Positions 29,601 through 38,499 of a stretch of DNA of 38,499 nucleotides are shown here, piece after piece. The position numbers and the translations under genes are program-made. Position 1 is the first letter of the stretch; each line of letters begins with the position of its first letter. The stretch lies in sequence record DRR723986_19984; one strand, 5' to 3'. The notes beneath the pieces were generated by a model. The model had not been told where the DNA came from. It ran no database searches and worked only from the letters and a program-made list of their open reading frames with translations.

Positions 29601-31145
29601 TCAATAAATCTTCACTTCCTTGAAATGGGCATAAGAATCTGTTGGTCCTTTGGCTACTAATCCAAGGCGGAATCCCATGCCCCAAGGCACAAGATGCTTC
29701 ACGTCTTGTGTCTCGCCAATTTGAATTGCTTTTCCATCCACAAGGGCCGAAGTAGTCATTTTGTAGCCGTCTTCCATGCTTAAAACTAATTTGACTTCTT
29801 TGCTGTCTGGAATCGCCAGTTTGGCAATTTCTCTAGTCTTCTGGTTGATCGTTTCCCAAAGGATCAGCTGGTTTCCCTTTACAGAAATGCCCATTCCTGC
29901 AGGAGGAGCACCGAAGCCATTATTAGCACCACCAATTACCGCTAATCCGGCTGCAGCATTCCCGTCAGGAATCACTGTTGCTTCGTATTGATAATCCAGA
30001 GATTTTGTGCCTTGAACCAATAGAGTTCCCAGCGTTTCATTTTCCTCAGAAGCCTGTAGTCTCAGACCTTTTTTACCGGTTTCATACTGAATATCCTGAG
30101 TAACACGCCATTGCCAAACTGGATCCAGTCGCTTTTTAAAATCGTCATTAAATTCCAAGGAAGCTTTGCTACGCTCGTATTTTTCATCGTTTGCGAAAAC
30201 TGGCCATTCATCAGCTGTCCATTCTACTTTTTGCAAAACACCTTGCCGACCTACGTAAACAGATCCCTCCTGATTATAAGCATGGTTTAACAGCCAAAGC
30301 TCTCCATCTTTCTCGACTACGGTTCCGTGTCCAGGGCATTTCCAGTTCTCATTATCCTTGATGACTGGATTCATATCGTATTTTTCCCATGGTCCCAGAA
30401 GTGTTTTACTTCGTGCTACGCCAGTTACATAGTCACAGGAGATTTCGCAGCAACCACGAGCAGAATAAGTCGCATAGAAATAGCCGTTCTTTCTGAAAAT
30501 GGCAATGCCTTCTACCAAACCACCTTCCCAATCCTGATCATTGTGGAAAAGCTCATGCTTCTCACCGATCAGTTTGGTGCGTTCCCCGTTCACTTCCTGA
30601 GCCCATATTGGAGTTTTTTGGCCTTTGCTATTTCCATCTTCCTTCCAAAGGACATAGAGTTTGCCATTTTCATCACGGGTTTCAAAAGCATCGATCGATC
30701 CATATTCCTGAGCGACAAGTGGGCCATGATCTTTAAAACTTCCTTCGGGAGAATCTGCGCTAGCTACTGCGACGGAAAGCCTATTACTTTCTTTATCTCG
30801 GGCAGTATAGTAAGCGTAAATTTTATTTTGCTCCGCATCATACGAAAGCTCAGGAGCCCAGAAATTATTCTTTGCCCAATCTGGAGCTCCATCTGGAAAA
30901 ACATAGTTTACCAGCTCCCAATTCACCAAATCATCGGATTTGAAGATTGGAAAAAGTGGTGCCCACTCGTTAGAGGTGGCCGAAGCGTAATAGTATTTGC
31001 CAACCTTCACCACCGTTGGATCTGGGCGATCACCTGCCAAAACTGGATTTGCAAAAGTCAGGCTTTGTGCTAGTCCTGAGCTAGAAACTACAATTATTAT
31101 ACAGAGTGTAGCAAGAATTCTATGATAATAAAAAAGCCTACTCAT
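29601..31145 (-). CDS. Glycoside hydrolase family 43 with C-terminal beta-sandwich domain
   Basis: NPVLAGDRPDP, WAPE, IDAF, VEG and GHG motifs, followed by F.DDF...WQWR at the start of the C-terminal domain. Confidence 0.92.
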   Translation of the reverse strand: MSRLFYYHRILATLCIIIVVSSSGLAQSLTFANPVLAGDRPDPTVVKVGKYYYASATSNEWAPLFPIFKSDDLVNWELVNYVFPDGAPDWAKNNFWAPELSYDAEQNKIYAYYTARDKESNRLSVAVASADSPEGSFKDHGPLVAQEYGSIDAFETRDENGKLYVLWKEDGNSKGQKTPIWAQEVNGERTKLIGEKHELFHNDQDWEGGLVEGIAIFRKNGYFYATYSARGCCEISCDYVTGVARSKTLLGPWEKYDMNPVIKDNENWKCPGHGTVVEKDGELWLLNHAYNQEGSVYVGRQGVLQKVEWTADEWPVFANDEKYERSKASLEFNDDFKKRLDPVWQWRVTQDIQYETGKKGLRLQASEENETLGTLLVQGTKSLDYQYEATVIPDGNAAAGLAVIGGANNGFGAPPAGMGISVKGNQLILWETINQKTREIAKLAIPDSKEVKLVLSMEDGYKMTTSALVDGKAIQIGETQDVKHLVPWGMGFRLGLVAKGPTDSYAHFKEVKIY

Positions 31146-33288
31146 TGATTTTTGGGTTATTTTCTAACTGGGGAAATGCGGTAATTCTTAATCTCGCTGC
31201 ACCCATTGGAACGAGTGTTACATCCACTATGGGCTGATCGGAAATCTTTGGAAGGTCCTTCAATTCTCCCACCAAACCATATTGATCCAGTTTCCACTCG
31301 GGAATTTGACGGGCTTTTGCCACGATTTTAATTGGAACTTCCTCTAGGGAGAATGGGAAATCAGATTTTGGCCAATGTCCTTCCATTACTTCGAAAGAGG
31401 ATGCAGGATCATTTTCGTCCACTACCAAACTGTAGTTCCAATCCGTTACGGGATGAATTTCCCAAGAAGGCCATTTTTTTGTATCTGCACCTTTCTGCCA
31501 TTTGGAATCCCATTGGGCCGTTTCCTCACTGTCTTTTTTGAAATATTTTTCCCTGATTTTTAATGAATAGGTCAAAGGACCTCTACTTACGCTTAGACTA
31601 TTGCTGTTTTTCTCCCAAGTTTTGGTTTCGATTTCCATTGGAAGCGAAAGCGAAATTTGATCACCGTTAGTCCAAGTTCGGCTGATTTTAGCATAGCCGA
31701 TTCCGGAAATATTTTCTTTCACTACTTCTCCATTGATGGAAATGGAAGCTTCTTTTGCCCATGCGGGAATACGTAAATAAAGAGGGAAGTCTACTGCTTT
31801 TGCTGTGCTCAGCGCAAACTTGATTTCCTCTTCGAATGGGTAATGCGTTGTTTCTTCGATGTTTACAATTGCCCCATCACCAACTTTTACTTCCACTTTG
31901 CTAGCTCCATATATTGCCGCTACGACACCATTATCAGGAGTGGCCATCCATAGATTTTCTATAAAATAGGGCCAGCCTTGCGCATGATTATGCTGGCAGC
32001 AACGAGAACTGAAAGGATTCATCATCAGGAATGGGCCAGAGTTAGCAATTCCTGGTGAATGATTCTCAGCATCCAGCAAAACCATATTTGGTGAAGTGAT
32101 GTAATGCAAGGCCTTGAAGTCAGGCATCACAGCTGCTGGATATGTGTTAAACGCAACTTCTTCTGCATGATCTGCCCAGAAGGGATCTCCAGTTATTCTT
32201 AGTAAATGCTCATCGGAATTCATCTGCTCCACCATTCCACAGGTTTCTACACCTTGGCGTGGATCCGCATATCCCGGCCTTGCATTTTCATCAGAGCCAA
32301 ACATGCCGCCAGGAACCTGACCGAAGTGCTCACGGATGATGTTAAAGTTTTCATAAGTGGCCTGAAGGTCTTTCTCGTTTTTGGTCAGTAGATAATACTG
32401 AGCTGGTTCGCGGAATGCCTGGGCATGGTTTACATTGTGCCAATCGACTTGATCGCGATACCAATCCGGGACTTCGCCTCCATCACGTACTTCATAATAA
32501 TTTTTCACCTGTTCGATAGGCAGATCTCTCCCTCCCCAATCGGAAGTATTCTGGTGGATTTTTTCAGCTAGTTCTAATAAAAAATCGTCTCCTGTGCGGT
32601 TGTAAAGCCAAATCACACTATGAAGATTATCTCCCCCACGTAATCTTTGCCAGTATCCTTCGAGGAATTCATCATCTGGGACCGTTAGTTCATATTTGAA
32701 ATAATTGGTCATTAGGGTGATCACACGCTCATCCTGAGAATACTCGTAATACGATTGTAGACAGTAAAGCATGATCATTTTTGCCCAGAAATCTGGATGA
32801 TCTCCATCCATAAGTTTGGGCCCAAAATCACCATTTTCCCGCTGACTGGTAAGCACAGATTCCAGCCAGATCATGGATTCATCGATCATGGCTTGGTCCT
32901 CCATGATGTAGCCGATGTTGGCGTATCCTTTCAGCCAATAGGGCACTTCTTCCCAGCCCCATTCTCCAGTGCCATCTTTAGAGAGCCAGGCGTTATTTTC
33001 TTTTTGAAGCCAAGCGGAAATTTCTCCTAGGTTACCAGTAAGGCCATTTTTCTGACGAATGAGGTATTCTTTTAAAAATCCCTCAGGCTTCACAGCACCT
33101 ACGGGAAGCTTAATCAGCGCACTGGGCGCCAAAGGCGCCCGGTTGCTGATGTAAAATGGATTTGTGTTTTCTGTGGGGATTCGGTCGACGATTGTGACCG
33201 AGTTATTGGATTTTATTCCAGAGGTACAAGAAATCAGTGCTGCACAGAAAATAAGTGCAAGCGTTGATTTAAAGCGGTTTTTTAACAT
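31138..33288 (-). CDS. GH127/GH146-type beta-L-arabinofuranosidase-like protein, lipoprotein
   Basis: HNVN, ETC and RCC (Glu/Cys3 zinc-site pattern), YPFEE, LRIPAW and RGPLTY motifs, lipobox LISC. Start moved to ATG 33288. Confidence 0.88.
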   Translation of the reverse strand: MLKNRFKSTLALIFCAALISCTSGIKSNNSVTIVDRIPTENTNPFYISNRAPLAPSALIKLPVGAVKPEGFLKEYLIRQKNGLTGNLGEISAWLQKENNAWLSKDGTGEWGWEEVPYWLKGYANIGYIMEDQAMIDESMIWLESVLTSQRENGDFGPKLMDGDHPDFWAKMIMLYCLQSYYEYSQDERVITLMTNYFKYELTVPDDEFLEGYWQRLRGGDNLHSVIWLYNRTGDDFLLELAEKIHQNTSDWGGRDLPIEQVKNYYEVRDGGEVPDWYRDQVDWHNVNHAQAFREPAQYYLLTKNEKDLQATYENFNIIREHFGQVPGGMFGSDENARPGYADPRQGVETCGMVEQMNSDEHLLRITGDPFWADHAEEVAFNTYPAAVMPDFKALHYITSPNMVLLDAENHSPGIANSGPFLMMNPFSSRCCQHNHAQGWPYFIENLWMATPDNGVVAAIYGASKVEVKVGDGAIVNIEETTHYPFEEEIKFALSTAKAVDFPLYLRIPAWAKEASISINGEVVKENISGIGYAKISRTWTNGDQISLSLPMEIETKTWEKNSNSLSVSRGPLTYSLKIREKYFKKDSEETAQWDSKWQKGADTKKWPSWEIHPVTDWNYSLVVDENDPASSFEVMEGHWPKSDFPFSLEEVPIKIVAKARQIPEWKLDQYGLVGELKDLPKISDQPIVDVTLVPMGAARLRITAFPQLENNPKINE

Positions 33289-33547
33289 TTTTAGCAGGTT
33301 TTGGGACAATAAATGTTCCCGAAAGTGCAACGCCTTGCTTCAAACTAGGTTTGATCTTAGTTGTGTTTCTAGTGTAGGTCTTTTTCATAATAGGTTTGGG
33401 TTTTTGTTATTAAAAATAGATTTGACTCTAGCTAGCAAGGTAGTAATCAAAATCTAAAAAGCACTTTATTTTTGAGGGCAATATCTAAAAGTCTATAATT
33501 CCTATAGGAAATTATACTCCCTCATACCTAGGAGACTATAAAAAACT

Positions 33548-34591
33548 CTACTTCCAAACTGGTGCTTTTTGTGAGGTGATGCTTGGTTCAAAATTTTCAA
33601 TAGTGGGCCATTCTTCTTTCCAGCTAATCTTGTCCAATAGCAACGTTCTTCTGTTAGTCCCATTTTTGAGTTTAGGTTTTTGCTTGGCCAATCCATGATA
33701 CAGTAGCCAATCCTGACCTTCGGAATCTGTGATGATTTCTGCATTGTGTCCAGGGCCGGCATAGCCATTTCCGCTTGCATTTGGACCTACCACCAAAGTC
33801 CCAGAGTCAGCATCTAGCATACTTTTACCCTGCTGATCAAAATAAGGTCCTTCCAGATTCTCCGACCTTCCGACTAGAACTTTGTACGTGCTATTTGCTC
33901 CTTCACAGCAAGTTCCAGCAGAACCAAAAAGATAGTAAAATCCATTTTTCTCATAGATATAGGCTGCTTCCAGATGATTACCTGCAAGTTGGATTTTTTG
34001 TCCTTGAGGCTTTTTGCCATCAGCAGTCAATTCAGTCATGTACAAACCATGGAAACTTCCCCAGGCTAGGTATTTCTTCCCGCCTTGTTCTATATAAAAA
34101 GGGTCAATTGAATTACTGACACCAATTTCCTTTGAGTCAAAAACTTTCCCTTGATCTACAAATGGTCCTTCCGGCCTTTCAGCAATCGCCAATCCTACTC
34201 CAGGATTTGGATCTCCCCAAGTGGAAAAGGAATAGTACATGTAAAACTGCTCCCCGACTTGTGTGACGTCCGGTGCCCAGATGCCTCCTCTTTCTTTCCA
34301 TTCAGGCTTTTTGTCCATAGAGTTGCCTAGCAATTCCCAGTTTATCAGGTCTTTCGACTTGATCACAGGAACCAAGTGATAGCCGCCTTCTCCACCCCAA
34401 TTATCCTCTGTGCCATACGCATAGAATTCCGCGCCAACCTGAACGACTGTTGGGTCTGCAAGCACCGGTTCAAAGACAGGATTGGCATACCTGAGCGTGT
34501 CATTAGTCTGCGATGAATACTCAGCCGCCACAATTTTAGAAGGATTCTGATATACTGTGAATAGGATGATTAGCAGAGGGACAATGGGCAT
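33548..34591 (-). CDS. Glycoside hydrolase family 43, single catalytic domain
   Basis: NPV...ADP, IWAPD, SIDP, EAAY, GTCCEG and GPGHN motifs. Confidence 0.92.
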   Translation of the reverse strand: MPIVPLLIILFTVYQNPSKIVAAEYSSQTNDTLRYANPVFEPVLADPTVVQVGAEFYAYGTEDNWGGEGGYHLVPVIKSKDLINWELLGNSMDKKPEWKERGGIWAPDVTQVGEQFYMYYSFSTWGDPNPGVGLAIAERPEGPFVDQGKVFDSKEIGVSNSIDPFYIEQGGKKYLAWGSFHGLYMTELTADGKKPQGQKIQLAGNHLEAAYIYEKNGFYYLFGSAGTCCEGANSTYKVLVGRSENLEGPYFDQQGKSMLDADSGTLVVGPNASGNGYAGPGHNAEIITDSEGQDWLLYHGLAKQKPKLKNGTNRRTLLLDKISWKEEWPTIENFEPSITSQKAPVWK

Positions 34592-34764
34592 GACGATTAA
34601 ATTTGGCTCTCTAAGTTATACGAAAATGTTTTCTAGTGAGAAATTCGAAAGGAGAGTTTGGAGATGAAAATCGTCACAGGATTTTTACTTTTAACTCCGT
34701 TTAATATGGAGAGAATTCACCTTTAGAAATTCTATCCCCATTTTTACTGTCTATACCTTTCCAC

Positions 34765-34772
34765 TATATTTG
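34765..34772 (+). promoter_or_regulatory. Bacteroidetes -7 promoter element for the ABC-F gene
   Basis: TATATTTG, an exact TAnnTTTG match, about 110 nt upstream of ATG 34881. Confidence 0.65.
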
Positions 34773-34795
34773 CACCTCATTCCCGCACAATCACT

Positions 34796-34881
34796 ATGTG
34801 AAATCTAATTTCTTTCTGACTATAAATACGGCAATCCAGCCTCTTGGTAACGCTGTTTGTTTAATCTTCAAAAAGAAATTA
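34796..34881 (+). promoter_or_regulatory. Structured leader: start-stop uORF plus hairpin covering the ABC-F initiation region
   Basis: ATG-TGA at 34796-34801. TAATTTCTTTCTGA (34806-34819) is complementary at 13 of 14 positions to TCAAAAAGAAATTA (34868-34881). Confidence 0.6.
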
Positions 34882-36467
34882 TGCTCATTTTACAGAACAT
34901 CACCTATATACATCCCAATAAGGATTTGTTGTTTGAAAACATCAACCTTACCCTTAATCAACACCAAAAAGTTGCCTTAATTGGAAATAACGGTGTGGGA
35001 AAATCCACCCTTTTGCGAATCATCGCTCAGGAAATCTCATCCTCAGACGGGCAGTTGATAATAGAATCCCAACCTTATTATATCCCTCAGATTTTCGGGC
35101 AGTTCAATCATCTCACCATAGCTCAGGCTCTGGGAATTTCCGAAAAACTCACGGCCTTTCATGAAATTCTCGATGGAAAAGCGACTGAAAGCAATTTGCT
35201 TTTGCTTGACGACGATTGGACTGTAGAAGAGCGATGTAAAGAAGCGCTGGCGTATTGGCAAATTTCAGAATTTGATCTTTCAGAAAAACTTGAAAATCTC
35301 AGCGGGGGGCAAAAAACTAAGGTTTTTCTGGCTGGGATTGCGATTCATAAGCCTGATCTGGTGCTGCTTGATGAGCCGAGCAATCATCTTGACACGGAAT
35401 CCAGAAATCTGCTCTACAATTATATTTCCTCCACTTCCAATGCCTTATTGCTAGTGAGTCATGATCGGAAACTGCTGAACCTACTGGATACTGTATGCGA
35501 ACTCACCCGAAGAGGTATCCACACCTATGGAGGGAATTATGATTTCTACGCTGCACAAAAACAGCAGGAACTTGCTGCCCTCGACCATGATGTAAAAAGC
35601 AAGGAAAAGGCGTTGCGAAAGGCCAAAGAGAAAGAGCTGGAAACAGTAGAAAGACAGCAAAAGTTGGATGCCCGAGGCAAGAAAAAGCAGGAGAAAGCTG
35701 GAATTGCGACGATCATGATGAATACGCTTCGAAACAATGCAGAAAAGAGTACTTCTAAAATCAAAAATGTCCATACTGAGAAAATTGGAGGGATTTCTCA
35801 GGAATTGCAGGAATTGAGAAAAGAGTTGCCGGACATCGATAAAATGAAGTTTGGCTTTGACAATGCTAAGTTGCACAGAGGCAAAGTGCTCATTACTTCA
35901 GATTACATGAATTTCTCATACCATGGGCAGAACCTGTGGAAAACTAACTTGGATTTTCAGATTACAAGTGGTGAGAGAATTGCCCTGAAGGGACAAAATG
36001 GCTCTGGAAAAACTACGTTGATCAAGCTTATATTGGGAGATTTAAATCCTCAGATCGGTAAACTTTTCCGAGCTGAAATAAATGCTGTTTACATCGATCA
36101 GGATTATTCCTTGATAGACAATAGCCTAAGTGTTTACGAGCAAGCAGAGCGATATAATTCCTCCGAACTGAAAGAACATGAAGTCAAAATCAGGCTAAAT
36201 CGGTTTCTTTTCACTAAAGAAGATTGGAGTAAATCCTGTAGCGTGCTTAGTGGAGGAGAACGCATGCGACTCATGCTCTGCTGCCTTACGATCAGCAGTC
36301 ATGCACCGGATATGATCATTTTGGATGAACCGACCAATAACCTGGACATCCAAAACATCGAAATACTCACCGCTGCCATCAACGAATATCAGGGTACATT
36401 GCTCGTGGTTTCCCACGATGAGCCTTTTCTAGAGCAGGTGATGATAGAGTCCTTCATCCAACTTTGA
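34881..36467 (+). CDS. ABC-F family ATPase (ribosome-associated, ribosomal-protection-like)
   Basis: Two nucleotide-binding domains (GNNGVGKS/LSGGQ/LDEPSNHLD and GQNGSGKT/LSGGE/LDEPTNNLD), YGGNY followed by a long charged linker, no transmembrane domain. Start taken as ATG 34881. Confidence 0.93.
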   Translation: MLILQNITYIHPNKDLLFENINLTLNQHQKVALIGNNGVGKSTLLRIIAQEISSSDGQLIIESQPYYIPQIFGQFNHLTIAQALGISEKLTAFHEILDGKATESNLLLLDDDWTVEERCKEALAYWQISEFDLSEKLENLSGGQKTKVFLAGIAIHKPDLVLLDEPSNHLDTESRNLLYNYISSTSNALLLVSHDRKLLNLLDTVCELTRRGIHTYGGNYDFYAAQKQQELAALDHDVKSKEKALRKAKEKELETVERQQKLDARGKKKQEKAGIATIMMNTLRNNAEKSTSKIKNVHTEKIGGISQELQELRKELPDIDKMKFGFDNAKLHRGKVLITSDYMNFSYHGQNLWKTNLDFQITSGERIALKGQNGSGKTTLIKLILGDLNPQIGKLFRAEINAVYIDQDYSLIDNSLSVYEQAERYNSSELKEHEVKIRLNRFLFTKEDWSKSCSVLSGGERMRLMLCCLTISSHAPDMIILDEPTNNLDIQNIEILTAAINEYQGTLLVVSHDEPFLEQVMIESFIQL

Positions 36468-36582
36468 GAGATCTAGCGAAAACTGAGGCTATGCTTTGAA
36501 GTTACTTCGGTCATCTCTACTCGATCAGTTCCGCTTTGAATCATAGGAAATTTGGTCGCAACCAGCTAGACAGAAATACTGA

Positions 36583-37974
36583 CTACTTATTAAACCGATC
36601 AGGGTGTAGTTCTGAGTATTTTTTGTCTTCTGACAAACCCATGAAAATTGGATCCATCAAGGACTTTTCCCATGTTTTGATCATATTTTCCAATGCTTTG
36701 ACCCGCTCTGCCTGAGTAGCAGCTAAATTTATTTTTTCAGCGATATCCTTTTGGATATCAAAAAGATAAGTTTCATCCTTCTTTAGGATTTGCTTGCTGT
36801 CTATTGTCCGGATCGCAAATTTCTGTGTGTCGTAATTTCTCCAATAAAGCTCTTGATGCGGAATTCCATTGTTTTCACCAGTCAGGTAAGGAATCAGATT
36901 CACTCCATCCAGTTCGTTTTTAGGAGTCACTTTAGCCAGAGCAACAGCGGTGGAGAATATGTCCAGAGAGATCACAGGATTGTCATACCTGATGCCCTCA
37001 GGAATGACACCTTTCCACTGTACCGCAAAAGGAACGCGTACTCCACCTTCAAAGAAATCACCCTTGAAACCGCGTAGAGGAGCATTGTCAGCAGCGTTAT
37101 GTGCGGTAGGTCCGCCATTATCAGATAAAAAGAAAACCAAGGTATTGTCATCTAGCTCCAATTCTTCCAGTTTATCCAACAAAGCACCAACCCCGTCATC
37201 CACCGCACTTACCATGGCAGCATAGGTTCTACGCTTGATGTCTTTGATGTGCAAAAACCGGTTGAGATACTTCTCTGTAGCCTCCATAGGTGCATGTGGT
37301 GCATTGTAAGCTAGATACATGAAGAACGGTTCTTTCTGGTGTCTTTGGACGAAATCAACAGCTTCTCGGGACAAGGCATCCGTGAGGTATTCTGTCTCTT
37401 CTACCCGCTCGGTATTTCTGAGCAATTTGGTATTATAGGCATCGTATTGGGATTTGGATTGCTCTATATCCTGCAAGGTAAAGTCCTCAGGAAAGTACCT
37501 ATGTCCACCGCTGAGAAATCCATAAAATTCATCAAACCCTCTTTTATTTGGCCTTAAAGTCGGGTGAACCCCCATATGCCATTTTCCAAAAGCAACCGTG
37601 GCATATCCTGCTTTTTTCATGGCGGCGCCTAGGGTCTCCTCGCTGAGAGGAAGCCCCATCAGTGAATCCTTCGGAGCCATCAACGGGTTTTTTGCGAAGC
37701 CAAATTTGTCCTGATATCTGCCAGTAAGCAAGCCCGCTCTGCTAGGCCCACAAACTGCATAAGAAACGTAGCCGGAAGTAAATACTACCCCATTTTTTGC
37801 AATTCGATCAATTCCCGGGGTTGGGATTTCTGTGCTGCCGTTGAAGCCCACATCTGCATATCCCTGATCGTCGGTAAGGATGATGATTACATTGGGCTTG
37901 TCTGCAGCAGTTCTATCCTGAGCAAATAAATTGGATGAAAAGACAAAAAATAGACTGAGGGCAAAATATCTCAT
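36583..37974 (-). CDS. Formylglycine-dependent (S1) sulfatase, secreted
   Basis: PNVIIILTDDQG, CGPSR, GKWHMG, SDNGG and FEGGVRVP motifs. Start moved to ATG 37974 (signal peptide). Confidence 0.94.
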   Translation of the reverse strand: MRYFALSLFFVFSSNLFAQDRTAADKPNVIIILTDDQGYADVGFNGSTEIPTPGIDRIAKNGVVFTSGYVSYAVCGPSRAGLLTGRYQDKFGFAKNPLMAPKDSLMGLPLSEETLGAAMKKAGYATVAFGKWHMGVHPTLRPNKRGFDEFYGFLSGGHRYFPEDFTLQDIEQSKSQYDAYNTKLLRNTERVEETEYLTDALSREAVDFVQRHQKEPFFMYLAYNAPHAPMEATEKYLNRFLHIKDIKRRTYAAMVSAVDDGVGALLDKLEELELDDNTLVFFLSDNGGPTAHNAADNAPLRGFKGDFFEGGVRVPFAVQWKGVIPEGIRYDNPVISLDIFSTAVALAKVTPKNELDGVNLIPYLTGENNGIPHQELYWRNYDTQKFAIRTIDSKQILKKDETYLFDIQKDIAEKINLAATQAERVKALENMIKTWEKSLMDPIFMGLSEDKKYSELHPDRFNK

Positions 37975-38144
37975 AGGGGTAGATTCAAGCGTTATTTTGA
38001 AAATTAGACTAGGGGCGAATTTATTGATTAATGGCAAGTTTGGTGGTTCTATTTGACCAATACGCGATCTTCAGTGATAATTGGGCAAAAGGACTAGAGT
38101 CTAATTTTTCTAGTTTAAGATTATGCTGATCTTGGATGTACAGA

Positions 38145-38499
38145 GAGATAGCGTGGAGGGGCTGGATAAACAATTATCGACTGGCCAGTATCACAGCCAA
38201 ACTGAAATCACTCGATGAGTGGTTAAGAAACCGTCTCCGATATTGCATCTGGTCCGCCGCGGTGGAGAAAAAGCCTGAGCGAAAACTTATAAACCTAATC
38301 AGATTGGGAGTGGATCAAAACCATGCGTATGCATTGAAGGGTTGAGCGTTAAGAAAATGTCCCTTAGGACATTTTTAGCGAAAGAGCCAGAATGTGGGGA
38401 GGCAGAAAAGGAGGATGGGCTGTGGCTCAAAGTCCTATCCTGGGAACAACAATTACACTTTCCAGACTAAGAAGAAAAGGCTATCTAAGTATGCTGGAC
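38145..38499 (+). pseudogene. 5'-truncated, interrupted group II intron reverse transcriptase/maturase (maturase/X domain fragment)
   Basis: WRGWINNYRLASI..KLKSLDEWLRNRLRYCIW...KKPERK..NLIRLGV, then after a ~60 nt interruption and frame change GRKGGWAVAQSPILGTTITLSRLRRKGYLSMLD (38401-38499). No RT domains upstream. Confidence 0.85.
38347..38390. repeat. Palindromic REP-like insertion inside the maturase relic
   Basis: AAAATGTCC-CTTA-GGACATTTT (38354-38375) followed by TAGCGAAAGAGCCAG. Confidence 0.6.

Noticed and set aside
30327-31073. 248 aa plus-strand ORF
   Set aside because: Antisense shadow of a well-supported GH43 gene.
34664-34726. 20 aa ORF (MKIVTGFLLLTPFNMERIHL) as an ABC-F leader peptide
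   Set aside because: It lies upstream of the best promoter element (34765), so it is probably not on the ABC-F transcript.
34798-34980. 60 aa GTG-start ORF overlapping the ABC-F start
   Set aside because: No motif support; the ATG-TGA two nucleotides upstream is the simpler leader element, although use of this frame cannot be excluded without ribosome profiling.
38136-38499. Retron, DGR or other active reverse transcriptase system
   Set aside because: Only an interrupted maturase-domain fragment is present, with no RT catalytic domain, template/variable repeats or msr-msd structure visible.
1-38499. CRISPR array, tRNA, rRNA or intact transposase
   Set aside because: No regularly spaced direct repeats, cloverleaf-like sequence, rRNA-like sequence or transposase ORF was seen.

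Overview
Chromosomal window from a Bacteroidetes genome; gene content and repeat types suggest Cytophagales, possibly Algoriphagus-like (inference). Left to right: uvrA (minus strand, running off the left edge and missed by the ORF track), a lipoprotein, pnuC plus a NadR-type kinase, a sulfatase, a serine hydrolase, an M28 peptidase, a Tat-exported sugar isomerase, an esterase, two tandem large histidine kinases with no response regulator in the window, a tricorn protease, a DsrE-like protein, a second sulfatase, a class A beta-lactamase-like hydrolase, a GH43-GH127/146-GH43-GH2-galM glycan cluster without SusC/D, an ABC-F ATPase, a third sulfatase and a decayed group II intron maturase fragment at the right edge. 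The best leads are: (1) an ABC-F leader with an ATG-TGA start-stop ORF directly 5' of a long hairpin that reaches the ABC-F start codon; (2) a soluble kinase built from five 184-187 aa repeats, beside a propeller kinase carrying a ~160 aa inserted domain and a near-identical HisKA region; (3) several short palindromic REP-like elements, some lying in frame inside coding sequences. No rRNA, tRNA or CRISPR array was seen. All family assignments come from motif recognition; no database searches were run.
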